Source of the DNA: Candidatus Latescibacterota bacterium
GTDB taxonomy: Bacteria; Latescibacterota; UBA2968; UBA8231
Length of the DNA: 64,000 nucleotides
Direction of reading: 5' to 3'
NCBI GenBank assembly: GCA_965203175.1
Contig: OZ241867.1
Span: forward strand, 4,224,001 to 4,288,000
Below are positions 1-10,900 of the stretch, piece by piece (positions within the stretch are counted from its first letter, which is position 1; every line of letters starts with the position of its first letter). The translations under genes and the position numbers were made by a program. Under the pieces are notes generated by a model. The model had not been told where the DNA came from, ran no database searches, and was given only the letters and a program-made list of their open reading frames with translations.

Positions 1-89
1 ACTTCGGCGGCCAGCGGCGAGGTTAGGTTGAGCCAAGAGCCGATAGAAGGCTGCCCGGCGGCAAGTTGTTCTTTGATAGGATTTTGCAT
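1..89 (-). CDS. HpcH/HpaI aldolase family protein (N-terminal part, runs off the window)
   Basis: Manual translation from ATG at 89: MQNPIKEQLAAGQPSIGSWLNLTSPLAAEV, a typical HpcH/HpaI N-terminus. Confidence 0.7.
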   Translation of the reverse strand, partial: MQNPIKEQLAAGQPSIGSWLNLTSPLAAE

Positions 90-174
90 GGGATACCTAA
101 TCTGTGGATGTATGTAATTGAGTTTGAGGTCTAAGGGACGGCAGCGAGTGCTTTACTCAGAAGGCGTGGTATGT

Positions 175-381
175 TTACACCTCGACTAGGGCGACGGAAG
201 TTTGCGGTTCAGGTACTGGGTCGCCGTGCTCCCGCAGCGATTCCAAGTGCATGATGATCGCTTCGCGGATCAATTCCTCCACTTCGACCTGCGAATCTCC
301 GGCGGCGATGCAGCCCGGCAAATCGGGCGCGTAAGCCGAGTAGCCGTTGTCGGTCTTTTCGATGACGACACTGTATTTCAT
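175..381 (-). CDS. hicB: HicB family antitoxin
   Basis: MKYSVVIEKTDNGYSAYAPDLPGCIAAGDS motif; start moved to ATG 381; downstream of hicA. Confidence 0.9.
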   Translation of the reverse strand: MKYSVVIEKTDNGYSAYAPDLPGCIAAGDSQVEVEELIREAIIMHLESLREHGDPVPEPQTSVALVEV

Positions 382-383
382 GG

Positions 384-581
384 TTATTCTCCTCTGCCGA
401 GTCCAGCCTGTTTCAGAATACTGTTCCAAGTTTTAGGTGCCAAATCCTTGTTCATCTTGCCTGCTATCGTAACCGTCCCCGATTTCTCAGGGTGCCGATA
501 TTGCCGGTGGCTTCCACGAGTACGGTCCAACCTCCAGCCGTCTCGCTTTACGATCCGTATCGCATCCCTAACTTTTGGCAT
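384..581 (-). CDS. hicA: HicA family mRNA interferase toxin
   Basis: 65 aa, GWRLDRTRGSHRQYRHP motif with the catalytic His. Confidence 0.9.
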   Translation of the reverse strand: MPKVRDAIRIVKRDGWRLDRTRGSHRQYRHPEKSGTVTIAGKMNKDLAPKTWNSILKQAGLGRGE

Positions 582-632
582 ACCCTAGCCCCACAAGCCA
601 CCTTCCACGAGTTGCTATCGCGGTTAAAGGGC

Positions 633-1769
633 CTAGTCAGCAGCAATTAACTCGTCAACTTGATCTTTGAGCACGTCGAGCACTTTGTCGTACGGGAACT
701 GGCCTATGAGTTGGGGGCCGCGTTTGAGGTTGACGAAGTTGGGGGCGCACCATAGCCCTAAGTCGGCGTCATCGGTCTCGCCTGGGCCGTTGACTCGGCA
801 GCCCATGACGGCGATGGTGATCTGGTGATCGCGGGCGTACTCGGTCAGCTCGCGCACTTGGTGGGCTAGGTCGATGAAGGCTTCGTTTTCCACCCGCGAG
901 CAAGAGGGACAGGAGATAATATTCAGCCCGGACGGGAGCAACTTGGGAACCGAGCGGAAGCGGCCTGAGTAAATATCGTCGAGGATCTGTCGTCCGACTT
1001 TGACCTCTTCGCCCTTGTCGTCAAATGGCAAGGTCAGCGAGACGCGAATGGTGTCGCCAATGCCGGCGCTGATGAGCTGTTCAAAGGCAATGCGGGTCTT
1101 GATCACGCCTTCGGGGGGCATCCCGGCCTCGGTGACGCCAAGGTGCAGCGGCACATCGGGCCGCTCTTGGGCAAAGCGGGTGTTGGCGGCAATGACCTTG
1201 GCCGGATCGGAGTCCTTGAGCGAGACGCAGTAGCGCGTAAAGCCCAAATCATCGAGCAACTCGCAGTGCTCTAGGGCCGAGGCGATCATGGGCGAGATGG
1301 AGTCGTCGGCCGGAAAGCGCTCGGCTTGGGCCGGATCGACCGAGCCGCAGTTGACTCCCACGCGCAGGGCGCAGTCGTGCTTGGCGGCCTCGTCCGCAAT
1401 AAAGGCGACCTTGTCGGCGACCGGCTTGTCCTTTTCGTGATGGTAGAGGTGCCCGGGGTTGTAGCGTATTTTCTCCACGTGCGGTGCCACGCTGCGCACC
1501 AAGCGGTAGTTTTCTTGCAAATCCACGGACAGAGGCACGTCAACCGTCGGCGCTATTTGGGCGAGGGCTTCCACGTCTTTTTTGCTATCTACGGCCACGC
1601 GGATGACGTCTGCCCCGGCCTCGGCTAAGAGCCGGAGTTGGCGGATGGTCGCCTCTGTGTCTTGGGTGCGAGTAGCGGCCATGCTTTGCACGGCAATGAG
1701 GTGATCGCCGCCAATGGTCGTGCGGCCGATTTGCACCTCGCGGGTGGGATTTCTCGTCGTTGGATTCAT
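633..1769 (-). CDS. ispG: (E)-4-hydroxy-3-methylbut-2-enyl-diphosphate synthase
   Basis: [40 protein letters not shown] and [10 protein letters not shown] motifs. Confidence 0.95.
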   Translation of the reverse strand: MNPTTRNPTREVQIGRTTIGGDHLIAVQSMAATRTQDTEATIRQLRLLAEAGADVIRVAVDSKKDVEALAQIAPTVDVPLSVDLQENYRLVRSVAPHVEKIRYNPGHLYHHEKDKPVADKVAFIADEAAKHDCALRVGVNCGSVDPAQAERFPADDSISPMIASALEHCELLDDLGFTRYCVSLKDSDPAKVIAANTRFAQERPDVPLHLGVTEAGMPPEGVIKTRIAFEQLISAGIGDTIRVSLTLPFDDKGEEVKVGRQILDDIYSGRFRSVPKLLPSGLNIISCPSCSRVENEAFIDLAHQVRELTEYARDHQITIAVMGCRVNGPGETDDADLGLWCAPNFVNLKRGPQLIGQFPYDKVLDVLKDQVDELIAAD

Positions 1770-1975
1770 GTCCCAAAAGTTAAATGTGAGGTCCTGTTTG
1801 TCAAAGGAAGAAGGCGGCAGTGGGGCGTTGTCTCTTGCTGGAAACGCGCCTCTTTGTGTATTTGTGTATGTTGTAGTGCATTCAATTGATTAAGGAGTTT
1901 TTGCAGTGAAAGTATTGGTACTAAGAGCCGCTGGTTTTGTGAGGAGCGCGCTAGCCCTGTCGCTGGCGCAGGGAG

Positions 1976-3142
1976 ATGGGCGCGACCGTGCCGTCTAAAG
2001 TGCCCCAGACAAGGCCCTGTATCCCCGAGGAGGACGTGGCCGCGCTGCTCGAGGATTTTGCCCAGATCCTCCGCAGCGGACGCCTGACGATGGGGCCTTA
2101 CTTGGAGCGGTTTGAGCAGGAGTTTGCCGCGCATGTGGGCGCGGAACACGCCGTGGGCATGAGTTCGGGGACCGCACCGCTGGAGGTGGCCTTGCGCTAT
2201 TGGGGGGTCGAAGGGCGGGAAGTGGTAGTGCCGACGAATACGTTTATTGCCTCGTCTAACGCCGCGCTGTTGGCCGGAGGGCGGTCCGTCCTCTGCGACA
2301 TTGACCCGCAGACCCTGTCGAGCGGTCTGCCGCAGATTGAGGCCCTGGTCGGGGAAAAGACGCGGGCCGTAGTCGCGGTCCACATCGCCGGCCTAATTGC
2401 GCCCGACATCGAGGACATTCGCTCGTTTTGCCGCGCGCGCGAGCTGTTGCTGCTCGAAGACGCGGCCCACGCCCACGGTGCTAGCGCCAACGGTCAACAG
2501 GCCGGGAGTTTAGGCGATGCCGCGGCCTTTTCCTTTTTCCCGACCAAGCCGCTGACGACGGGTGAGGGGGGCATGTTGAGCACCAACGACCGCGATTTGG
2601 CCGACTTTGCGCGAAGCTTCCGCACGCATGGGGTGAGCGCAAAAGGCCGCTCGTTGGAGCGCTTGGGCAACAACTACCGCTTGCCCGAACTGAGCGCGGC
2701 ACTCGGCTTGCGGCAATTGGCGCGGCTGGCCGAACACACCGCCGTGCGCAATCGCCTCGCCACCCGCTACCGGGACGCACTCACGCGATTGGGGTGCGGC
2801 GAGGTACTCTTGCCGGAATTTGCCGGTCGAGTACACGCGTACTACAAGTTTCCCGTGCGCTTGCCCGCCGGGAAAAGACGCGAGTGGGTGGTTGCCCAGT
2901 TGCGCGAGCGCTGGGGGATTGAAGCAGGCAGCGTGTACTGGCCGCCGTGCCACCTGACGCCGTTTTACCAGCGGGAACTAGGCTATGGTCCCGGGGATTT
3001 TCCCGTTGCTGAGGAAGTGCTAGCGCAGGTGGTGAGCTTGCCGATGTTCCCAGACTTGAGCGACGAGGCCGTGGAAATGGTGTGCTGCAGCTTGGCAGAG
3101 GTATTGGCAGAGGCAGAAGGAGATTGTCGTGACGGCAAATAA
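1976..3142 (+). CDS. DegT/DnrJ/EryC1/StrS family PLP-dependent sugar aminotransferase
   Basis: SSGTAPL, EDAAHAHG, FSFFPTKPLTTGEGGM motifs. Confidence 0.92.
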   Translation: MGATVPSKVPQTRPCIPEEDVAALLEDFAQILRSGRLTMGPYLERFEQEFAAHVGAEHAVGMSSGTAPLEVALRYWGVEGREVVVPTNTFIASSNAALLAGGRSVLCDIDPQTLSSGLPQIEALVGEKTRAVVAVHIAGLIAPDIEDIRSFCRARELLLLEDAAHAHGASANGQQAGSLGDAAAFSFFPTKPLTTGEGGMLSTNDRDLADFARSFRTHGVSAKGRSLERLGNNYRLPELSAALGLRQLARLAEHTAVRNRLATRYRDALTRLGCGEVLLPEFAGRVHAYYKFPVRLPAGKRREWVVAQLRERWGIEAGSVYWPPCHLTPFYQRELGYGPGDFPVAEEVLAQVVSLPMFPDLSDEAVEMVCCSLAEVLAEAEGDCRDGK

Positions 3143-3761
3143 CCGAGTTTTGGTGCTCGCGCCGCACACGGATGACGGCGAGCTCGGCTGCGGAGGGACG
3201 ATCAGCCGCATGGTAGAAGAGGGGCGCGAGGTGTACTACGCGGCCTTTTCCACGGCTGCCGAGTCGGTGCCGCCGCCCTTTCCGCCCGACATTCTGGAGA
3301 AGGAGGTGCGGGAGGGGACGAAGGTGCTGGGGATCTCTGCGGCGAATCTGCTGGTCTATAAGTACAAAGTGCGTCACTTGCCCCACATGCGCCAAGAAAT
3401 CCTCGAAGAGTTGGTGAGGATGAAAAGAGAAATTGACCCAGCAACCGTGTTCTTGCCTAGCGCCCAAGATCTGCACCAAGATCACCAGACCGTTCACATT
3501 GAGGGCCTGCGCGCCTTTAAGACGGTCACCGTGCTCGGCTACGAGCTGCCGTGGAACAACTTGAGCTTTGACTATCGACATTTTTGCGTGCTCACTCGCG
3601 AGCATGTTCAGACCAAGATTGCCGCGCTGCGCTGCTACCAGTCGCAACAGCATCGTCCGTACACCCAAGAGGAGTTTATATGGAGCTGGGCGCGGACTAG
3701 GGGTGGGCAGATTATGGTGGAGTACGCCGAGGCATTTGACGTGCTCAGGTGGGTGCGCTGA
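3129..3761 (+). CDS. PIG-L family deacetylase
   Basis: LAPHTDDGELGCGG and DLHQDH motifs. Confidence 0.9.
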   Translation: MTANNRVLVLAPHTDDGELGCGGTISRMVEEGREVYYAAFSTAAESVPPPFPPDILEKEVREGTKVLGISAANLLVYKYKVRHLPHMRQEILEELVRMKREIDPATVFLPSAQDLHQDHQTVHIEGLRAFKTVTVLGYELPWNNLSFDYRHFCVLTREHVQTKIAALRCYQSQQHRPYTQEEFIWSWARTRGGQIMVEYAEAFDVLRWVR

Positions 3762-4456
3762 TGAGCCGGGTGCTGGCAGCGCACCAGCCCAACTTCCTGC
3801 CTTGGCTGGGCTTGTTTCACAAGGTGGGGCAAGCCGACGTGTGGGTCTTGGCCGACGATGTGCAATACAGCCGTGGCAGCCTGACCAATCGCAACCGCAT
3901 CCGCACGGCCTCTGGCTGGCAATGGTTGACCGTGCCAGTCTTGACGCGAGGCCGGGGCCAGCAGCGAATATGCGATGTGCAAATCCCGCCCGACGGCGAT
4001 TGGCACCGCAAGCACTGCCAATCCCTGCGCTGGCACTACGGCCACGCACCCTTTTTCGACGCGTACGCCCCAGCCATAGAGGACCTATACGCGAGTGCGT
4101 GGACCCAGTTGCTCGACTTAAACGTAGCTCTGCTGCGCCACCTGTTGCAGCTCTTGGACTTGGAGGTCGAAGTTCGCTTTAGCTCGCAGATGGACCTGCG
4201 GGAAGAGCGGACCTTGCGCTTGGTGGATATGACCCAGGCGTGCGACTGTCAGGTATACCTAGCGGGAGAAGGGGCTTCGAAGGCGTATTTGGACGCTGAG
4301 GCATTTGCCGCAGCCGGCCTTGAATGCCGCTTTACCGAGTTTGAACACCCGGTGTACCCCCAGTGTCACGAGGGTTTTGTCGCTGAGATGTCGGTGTTGG
4401 ATTTGCTGTTTAATTGCGGCCCGCAAAGCCGGGAGGTGCTCTTTGGCTGCGCCTGA
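3761..4456 (+). CDS. WbqC family protein
   Basis: HQPNFLPWLG, DDVQY, NRNRI, WLTVPV, MSVLDLLFNCG; start overlaps the upstream stop. Confidence 0.9.
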   Translation: MSRVLAAHQPNFLPWLGLFHKVGQADVWVLADDVQYSRGSLTNRNRIRTASGWQWLTVPVLTRGRGQQRICDVQIPPDGDWHRKHCQSLRWHYGHAPFFDAYAPAIEDLYASAWTQLLDLNVALLRHLLQLLDLEVEVRFSSQMDLREERTLRLVDMTQACDCQVYLAGEGASKAYLDAEAFAAAGLECRFTEFEHPVYPQCHEGFVAEMSVLDLLFNCGPQSREVLFGCA

Positions 4457-5603
4457 GGTGTACCACCTGACGAATGTCCACAGCCCGTTTGACGCGCGGA
4501 TTTTCTACAAACAAGCGCAGACATTGGCGCGTGCGGGCTACGCGGTGACAGTGGTGGGGCCAGGGCCGGAGGAATGGTGTGGAGAGCGAGCAGGGGTGCG
4601 CGTGCAGACCGTGCCGGTGGCACGAGGGACTGGCCAGCGGATTTTGAACTTGTGGCGCTTGCTGCGGTTCGGGTTGGGTGCGGATGCTGCTTGTTTCCAC
4701 TTCCACGATCCTGAACTGTTGCCGGTGGGTGCGGTGCTCAAGCTCTGCGGTCGCCGGGTCATCTACGACGTCCACGAGCACTTTCCACTGGTGGCCATGG
4801 TGCGGCCGTGGGTGCCCGAGCGGCTGCGACGGCCCCTTGCGCGATTGGTTGATTGGGGGGAACGCGCGATTGCTCGCTACTTTGTCACCGCCGTGGTCGG
4901 AGTGGTCGAAGAGCAAGGCGACCGCTTTGCCAGCCGCCCCTTTGCGGTGGTGAAGAACTACCCGCGCTTGGAGTGGTTTTCCCCCGGCTGCGGCGAGCTA
5001 GGGCCTTGTGCGCTGGTCCACATTGGCTCGCTATCCGAAGATCGGGGCGGGCTGTTTCTGCTCGAAATCATGCGCGAACTGGCCAAGACCCATCCGCAGG
5101 TCCGCCTCTTGAGCGTCGGGGCGTTTCACTCGCAGGAGTTGCGGGAGCGGTTCGAGTCCCGTCGGCGCGAGTGGGGGCTGGAAGAGCAGATACACTACAG
5201 TGAAAAGCGCGTGCCGTACGACGAATTAGGGGCGGCGATCGCCGCGTGCCAGATCGGCTTGGTACCGGGGCAGATCTCGCCCAAGAATTTGGCCTCCTTC
5301 GTGCCGACCAAGCTCTTTGAGTACCTCGCCTGCGGCTTGCCCGTAGTCGCTAGCGACTTACCTTCCATACGTAGGTTTCTCGCGGTCGCAGATTGGGGTT
5401 TGCTCGCAGATCCGAGCGACCCGGTAGCCCATGCGCGCGCCATCGGGTGCTTGCTCGACGACCCGGTAGCAGCGCAGGTCAAGGGAACGCAGGCGCGGCA
5501 AGCTGCTGAAGAGCATTTTAACTGGGAGGCCGAGGGCGAGAAGCTGCTGGCACTTTACGAGCGGATTGTACCGCGGAAAGGGGTTAGGGAATGCGTTGGT
5601 TAG
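4443..5603 (+). CDS. Glycosyltransferase family 4 protein
   Basis: FHFHDPELL, IYDVHE, PTKLFEYLACGLPVVASDLP; probable TTG start at 4443 after GGAGG. Confidence 0.88.
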   Translation: MAAPEVYHLTNVHSPFDARIFYKQAQTLARAGYAVTVVGPGPEEWCGERAGVRVQTVPVARGTGQRILNLWRLLRFGLGADAACFHFHDPELLPVGAVLKLCGRRVIYDVHEHFPLVAMVRPWVPERLRRPLARLVDWGERAIARYFVTAVVGVVEEQGDRFASRPFAVVKNYPRLEWFSPGCGELGPCALVHIGSLSEDRGGLFLLEIMRELAKTHPQVRLLSVGAFHSQELRERFESRRREWGLEEQIHYSEKRVPYDELGAAIAACQIGLVPGQISPKNLASFVPTKLFEYLACGLPVVASDLPSIRRFLAVADWGLLADPSDPVAHARAIGCLLDDPVAAQVKGTQARQAAEEHFNWEAEGEKLLALYERIVPRKGVRECVG

Positions 5604-6403
5604 TAATGGGCCTGTTGGCCCTGTGTTGGGCAGGCGAGGTCTGGGCGGGGGCTTGGAGCCAGCCTCGCGGCGGCTACTACGCCAAGCTCTCGGGGATCCA
5701 CTACTCGACTACTGAGGTATTTAACGACATGGGCAACCGTGCGCTCATGGGCATGGACGATAATCAATTCCGCGCCCGCCAAGTCCTCGCCTACGGCGAG
5801 TACGGGTTGCGCGAGCGGTTGACGCTGACCGGGCAGGTCGGCGCGGGCAGGTTGGTGTCTGAGGATAGCTTTGTCGAGCGCATTACTTGGGGGCTGGGCG
5901 ATGTGCATCTCGGCGCGAAATACCAGCTTACCGGAGGCAGGCTGGTGTTGTCGCCGCAGGTCGATGTCGCGTTCCCGAGTGGGTACAACCGAGATTACGA
6001 CCCAGCCCTTGGCACTGGTTATTCCGAACAGGGAGCGCGGCTCTTGGCGGGGTTGTCTCTCTACCCGCTGCCGCTCTACGCGGGTGGTGAGGTGGGGTAC
6101 AAGCTGCGCGGCGGTCCGTTTTCCAATCAGGTGTCCTATTTTGTCGAGTTGGGAGCTACTCCGCGTCCGTGGCTATTTGCCAAGGGCTTTGTCGCCAGTG
6201 TGTACACGCTCGCGGCGGACTCGGAGGGGGGAGTGGTCGGAGTAGTGCAGGTTTCAGAAGGGGATTTCACCGAAGTAGGTGGCAATGTGGCCGTGCAGGT
6301 GGCAGGCCCGCTGTGGATCGACTTGTTGTGGAAGTCGGTTTTCAAGGGCGAGAACATCGGGGCCGGATCGTCGTTGGGCCTAGGGTTGGCCCTCATTCGC
6401 TGA
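5591..6403 (+). CDS. Exported, probable outer-membrane beta-barrel protein
   Basis: Signal peptide followed by AGAWSQPRG; alternating amphipathic beta strands. Confidence 0.6.
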   Translation: MRWLVMGLLALCWAGEVWAGAWSQPRGGYYAKLSGIHYSTTEVFNDMGNRALMGMDDNQFRARQVLAYGEYGLRERLTLTGQVGAGRLVSEDSFVERITWGLGDVHLGAKYQLTGGRLVLSPQVDVAFPSGYNRDYDPALGTGYSEQGARLLAGLSLYPLPLYAGGEVGYKLRGGPFSNQVSYFVELGATPRPWLFAKGFVASVYTLAADSEGGVVGVVQVSEGDFTEVGGNVAVQVAGPLWIDLLWKSVFKGENIGAGSSLGLGLALIR

Positions 6404-6413
6404 AGGAGTTGTC

Positions 6414-7580
6414 ATGAACAGATCAACTAGACGTCAGTTTCTCAAGTCGAGCGGGGCGGTTATCGCCACCGCGATTTTCCCCACTTGGGGTTGCGACGGC
6501 AACGAGGTGCGCATCAAGAGCATGCCCACCGGGCCGGACATGGACATTATGGACATGGACATGGAAGAGATGTCCGTGGAAGAGATGGCAGACATGCTAC
6601 CGCTGCCGCCGATTACTTCCAATGCGCGGCACTATCTCCAGTCGATTAAGGGGAAAAATTACGACCCGAAGATCTCGGACAATAGTTGGCGCTTGGCGGT
6701 GGATGGATTGGTGGACCAGCCCCGCGCGGATTGGACGTACGAGGAGATTACCGAGCTGCCCATGCAGCGGCAGGTCTTGACCATGCAGTGCATTGGCAAC
6801 TGGATTGGCGGGCCATTGGTGGGCAATGCCGAGTGGGGCGGTACGCCGCTGTCCAACGTGCTAGACCTAGCCGGGATCAGGAGCGAGGCGATCCGAGTCA
6901 AGTTTTACAGCGACAGCTCCGATGGCTATACCACGTCGATTCCGCTAGAGCGGGCGCTGCGCGACGAGGTGATTCTCGCTTGGGAAATGAATGGCGAGCC
7001 ACTGCCGTCTAAGCACGGATTTCCCCTGCGCTTGATAAACCCCGGGCACTACGGCCAGAAGATGCCCAAATGGATCACCCGTATCGAGTTGATCGATCAC
7101 GCCTATCTCGGCTATTGGGAAAGCAAGCCCGAGAACAAGTCCATCAAGTGGTCGGACCCGGCCGTAGCGACCGTGAATTCGCGGATTGACGCGCCCCTCT
7201 CGGTGTGGGACGATGTGAAAGATCCAGACAACGGCGGCGTTACAAGGGTGCTGCAAACCATTCGCGGAGTCGAAGGCAGCCCTTTTATTATTCACGGGAT
7301 CGCCATGGCCGGCGAGCGCACGATCGAATCGGTTAAGGTCAGCACCAATGGCGGGCGGGCTTGGCACGAGGCGCAGATTACCACCCAGCGCTTGCCCAAC
7401 ATTTGGGTCAGGTGGGCCTACGAATGGAAATTGCCCGCGTCGGGCGAGTACGAGATTGTTGCGCGGGCAACGGATAGCGAGGGGAAATCTCAGCCGCGGA
7501 CCGACGCTGGAGTCGATCTGTACGATGGCCGCACAGGCTGGCATCGCGTGCCAGTGAAGGTCGCTAGCAGAGCAGGGTGA
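6414..7580 (+). CDS. Tat-exported sulfite oxidase/MsrP-like molybdopterin oxidoreductase
   Basis: TRRQFLK Tat motif, TMQCIGN Mo-ligand Cys, MNGEPLPSKHGFPLRL, GYWE, C-terminal dimerisation-like domain. Confidence 0.88.
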   Translation: MNRSTRRQFLKSSGAVIATAIFPTWGCDGNEVRIKSMPTGPDMDIMDMDMEEMSVEEMADMLPLPPITSNARHYLQSIKGKNYDPKISDNSWRLAVDGLVDQPRADWTYEEITELPMQRQVLTMQCIGNWIGGPLVGNAEWGGTPLSNVLDLAGIRSEAIRVKFYSDSSDGYTTSIPLERALRDEVILAWEMNGEPLPSKHGFPLRLINPGHYGQKMPKWITRIELIDHAYLGYWESKPENKSIKWSDPAVATVNSRIDAPLSVWDDVKDPDNGGVTRVLQTIRGVEGSPFIIHGIAMAGERTIESVKVSTNGGRAWHEAQITTQRLPNIWVRWAYEWKLPASGEYEIVARATDSEGKSQPRTDAGVDLYDGRTGWHRVPVKVASRAG

Positions 7581-7589
7581 GCAGAGCGT

Positions 7590-7877
7590 CTATTCCGGAG
7601 GGAACCAGTCTTGTATCTTGCTGCATATCGCCCGCGCTTGCGCGGCGCTTGATACCTCGAACTTGCTGCGCTGCAAAAAGGTGCCGTCGCGCTTCTGGTA
7701 GCGGCGAATAGATATTTTGCTCGGGCCGTACTCGCCGGTTTTGCGGTCGAGGTCTTGGTAGAGGTACATAATCGTCGCCCAAGCTCCCTTGCTGAGCACT
7801 TCCTTGGCCACTTCTTTGCGCAAGACTCTGCCGTCTTCCTCGTACTGGATGGTGAGTTCGTCAATCGTTTCGGCCAT
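7590..7877 (-). CDS. Conserved hypothetical protein
   Basis: 95 aa ORF with normal composition (KEVLSKGAWATIMY, ISIRRYQKR) filling an intergenic space. Confidence 0.7.
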   Translation of the reverse strand: MAETIDELTIQYEEDGRVLRKEVAKEVLSKGAWATIMYLYQDLDRKTGEYGPSKISIRRYQKRDGTFLQRSKFEVSSAAQARAICSKIQDWFPPE

Positions 7878-7997
7878 TTTAAACTCTACGTTGTGGATTA
7901 AAGGGTGGCGTGCGTCTGCGGCGCGTTATCTAAATTATATATAATATATGGCGTGACGGACAAGAGCTATCGGGAGAGCTTAGCTCAAGAGTCTCTT

Positions 7998-10900
7998 ATG
8001 AAGCTGGATATTCAGGACAAATTTCTACAGCGCGACGGCCAGGTCTTTCTCACGGGCATGGAGGCGATTGTGCGCCTCGTGCGCGAAAAACAGGAGCGCG
8101 ACCGAGCCACTGGCCACGTCAACCAGACCTATTTCACCGGCTACGAGGGATCGCCGCTGGGCGGCCTAGACCTGAAGATCGTCGCCCAACTCGAAATGCT
8201 CAACGAGTTGGGGCACACGGTGCATCAGTTCGGCATCAACGAGAAAACCGCGGCCTCGGCCGTATTGGGCAGCCAGTTTGCGGCCAGTGGGGACATCGAT
8301 GCCTTTTGGTATGGCAAGGCGCACGGCACGATGTGGATTCCCGACGAGGTGTGGTTGGCCAACCTCAGCGGCACAGGGGCACGCGGAGCCATGGTCCTGC
8401 TGTCGGGAGAAGATCATCGCTCCAAGAGCTCGGTCTCGCCCGGGGCCAGCGATTGGGTGTTGCGCAGCAGCATGGTGCCGATTTTCTATCCGGCCAGCAT
8501 CGAGGATGTCATCCGCTTGGGGCTGCACGCGGTCGCTCTGTCGCGCCACGCCGGCGTAGTAACCGCGCTCAAGCTGGCAACGCCGGTGTGCGATGGCGCG
8601 AGCACGGTTGATTTGGCCTCTGTGCGGCCAGATATCGCCTTGCCCGAGCGCGCGTTTGCCAAGCGCTTCAACCAGATCGTTATGGCTACAGGCGCATTGC
8701 CCATGCAGCAGCAACTGGTGGAGGAAAAGTGGCCGCTGGTGGAAGCGTATGTCCGCGCCAACGACCTCAACCGCATAGTGGATGCGGACGCGGGCGGTGG
8801 GGTCGGCATCGTTGCTGCGGGCAAGAGCTACGCGGATGTGCGGCAAGCCCTCGACTACTTGGGGTTGCGCGTGCCGGTATTGTTCCTCGCGGTGAGCTAT
8901 CCGCTCGACTACGAGATTGTGCGCAACTTCGCCCGTGGACTGCGGCACATCTACGTGGTTGAGGAGCCAGGGCCCTTTGTCGAAGAGGGCGTCAAAGCCG
9001 CGCTGTGGGGAATGGATGTGGAGGCCGTGTACGGCCAGTGGGACGAGGACGGGCAGCCGCTGATTCCAGCGCACGGCGAGGTAGATCCCGAGGAATTGGC
9101 GCGCAAGCTCGGCCCGCGTTTGGGGGCGTCCCCCGAGCGCCTCGCCGAGTTGCAGCGCGTGCTCGACCGCACCTATCCGACCGTGCCCCGCGTCACGCCC
9201 ATGTCCTGCGGTGGCTGTCCGTACAACAGTTTCCGCGACTTGCACGAAAAGCCCGGGGGGGCCATTGGCTGCTCCTCCATCCGGGCGATTGAAGCCTACG
9301 ATTCCGGCGTCCTCTACATCCCCACGATGGGGGCCGGTGGGTCTATTTACAGTGGCTGGGCACCCTTTAATGGCAATCAGCACATCTACCAATACTTGGG
9401 CGACGGAAGCTATTTCCACAGCGGCCGCGGCGCGATTCAAAGCTGCGTCCAAGGCGAAGTGAACATTACCTTTCTGCTGCTTTTTAACGGGGCGGTCGCG
9501 CTTACTGGTGGTCAGACGCCTGGGGGGCAGCGGCCAGTGTCGGATGTTGTACAGGAGCTTTTGGGGCTGGGGGTAGTGAAGGTGGGGATCGTCAGCGAGG
9601 ACCCCGCGCGTTACCGCCACTTGGACGGAGAGCGGATCGCGGTTTTCGGCTTGGAGCGCCACGCCGAAGCCCTTGAGCAGTTTAAGGAAATTGCCGGGAC
9701 GACCGTGCTCATCCTCGACAAGGAGTGCGCCACCGAGAAGGGTCGCCGCCGTCGCCGCCAGGGTTTGACGCCCGACGAATACGTGCTCATCGACGAGGAT
9801 ATTTGCGAGGGCTGCGGAGACTGTTATGCCCAGTCCGAAGGCTGCGCCGCGCTCTACAGCGTGGCGACCGAGTTTGGCGACAAGACACAGGTGCGGCAGG
9901 CCCAATGCGCCCAAGACGGGCTGTGCATCGACGGCGAGTGCCCGTCCTTTGCCGTGGTAAAGCCAGCCAAGGGCACGCGCTTGCGCCGCCGCCGTCCAGA
10001 GCCTTTGGACGAACTGCCAGAGCCGCCGGAGTGCCCGCTGGACCGGCCGTACGCGATCTTCGCCATGGGGCGAGGCGGGACGGGCGTGGTGACGATTTCC
10101 CATCTCATTGCGTACGCGGCCATGATGGAGGGCAAATACGTGTATTTGTCCAACAATACCGGCTTGGCGCAAAAGGGCGGTCCGGTCGAAGCGCCGATTG
10201 TGATAAGCGCCGCTGAGCAGCCTGTGTTCAACCGCCTCTTCCCCGGGGAAGTCGATCTGTATCTGGGATTTGACCTGCTGCGGGCGGCCGAGCCAGACAA
10301 TCTCAAATACGCCGCGCCCCAGCACACCCGTGCCTTCGTCAGCACCGCTGAAATCGCCAATGCGGAGATGAATCGCAATCCGCGTACGCAGCCTTTTCCC
10401 GACGCGGCCCAACTGCGCGCCCTGATCGATCGCTGCACGGGCAAGGACAATATCTACCTCGATACCTACTGGTTGGCCGAACGGCTGTTCTCGGATACGA
10501 TCTTCGCCAATATGCTCCTGTTGGGGGCTGCGTATCAGGCCGGGGTGCTGCCCCTACAAGCGGCCTCCATTGAGCAGGCCATTGTCCTAAACGCGCAGGC
10601 CGTGGAAAACAATGTGCAGGCTTTTCGCTGGGGGCGCTTGGCTGTGGCCGATCCGGCGCGAGTGGAGCGGGCGTTGGGGACTCAGCAAGTGTCCGCGGAG
10701 CAAACGTTGGCCGAGGTGAAGGAGCGGCTGGCGCATGACGCGGCTGCTCGGGCACTGTTCGACGAGGGGTTGGCTGCGTTGGCGGATTTGAATGCGGAGG
10801 GACAGAAGGAGTTGGGGGTGCGGCTGGCCGAGTTGTGCGCGTATCAGGACGTCGCCTATGCTCGACGCTACTTGGGGTTTGTGCGCCAAGTGTGGGAAGC

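Noticed and set aside
8166-10412. 748-aa antisense ORF (also 25090-26439, 41933-43078 and 50201-51457)
   Set aside because: Shadow frames opposite well-supported genes in GC-rich DNA, with no recognisable motifs
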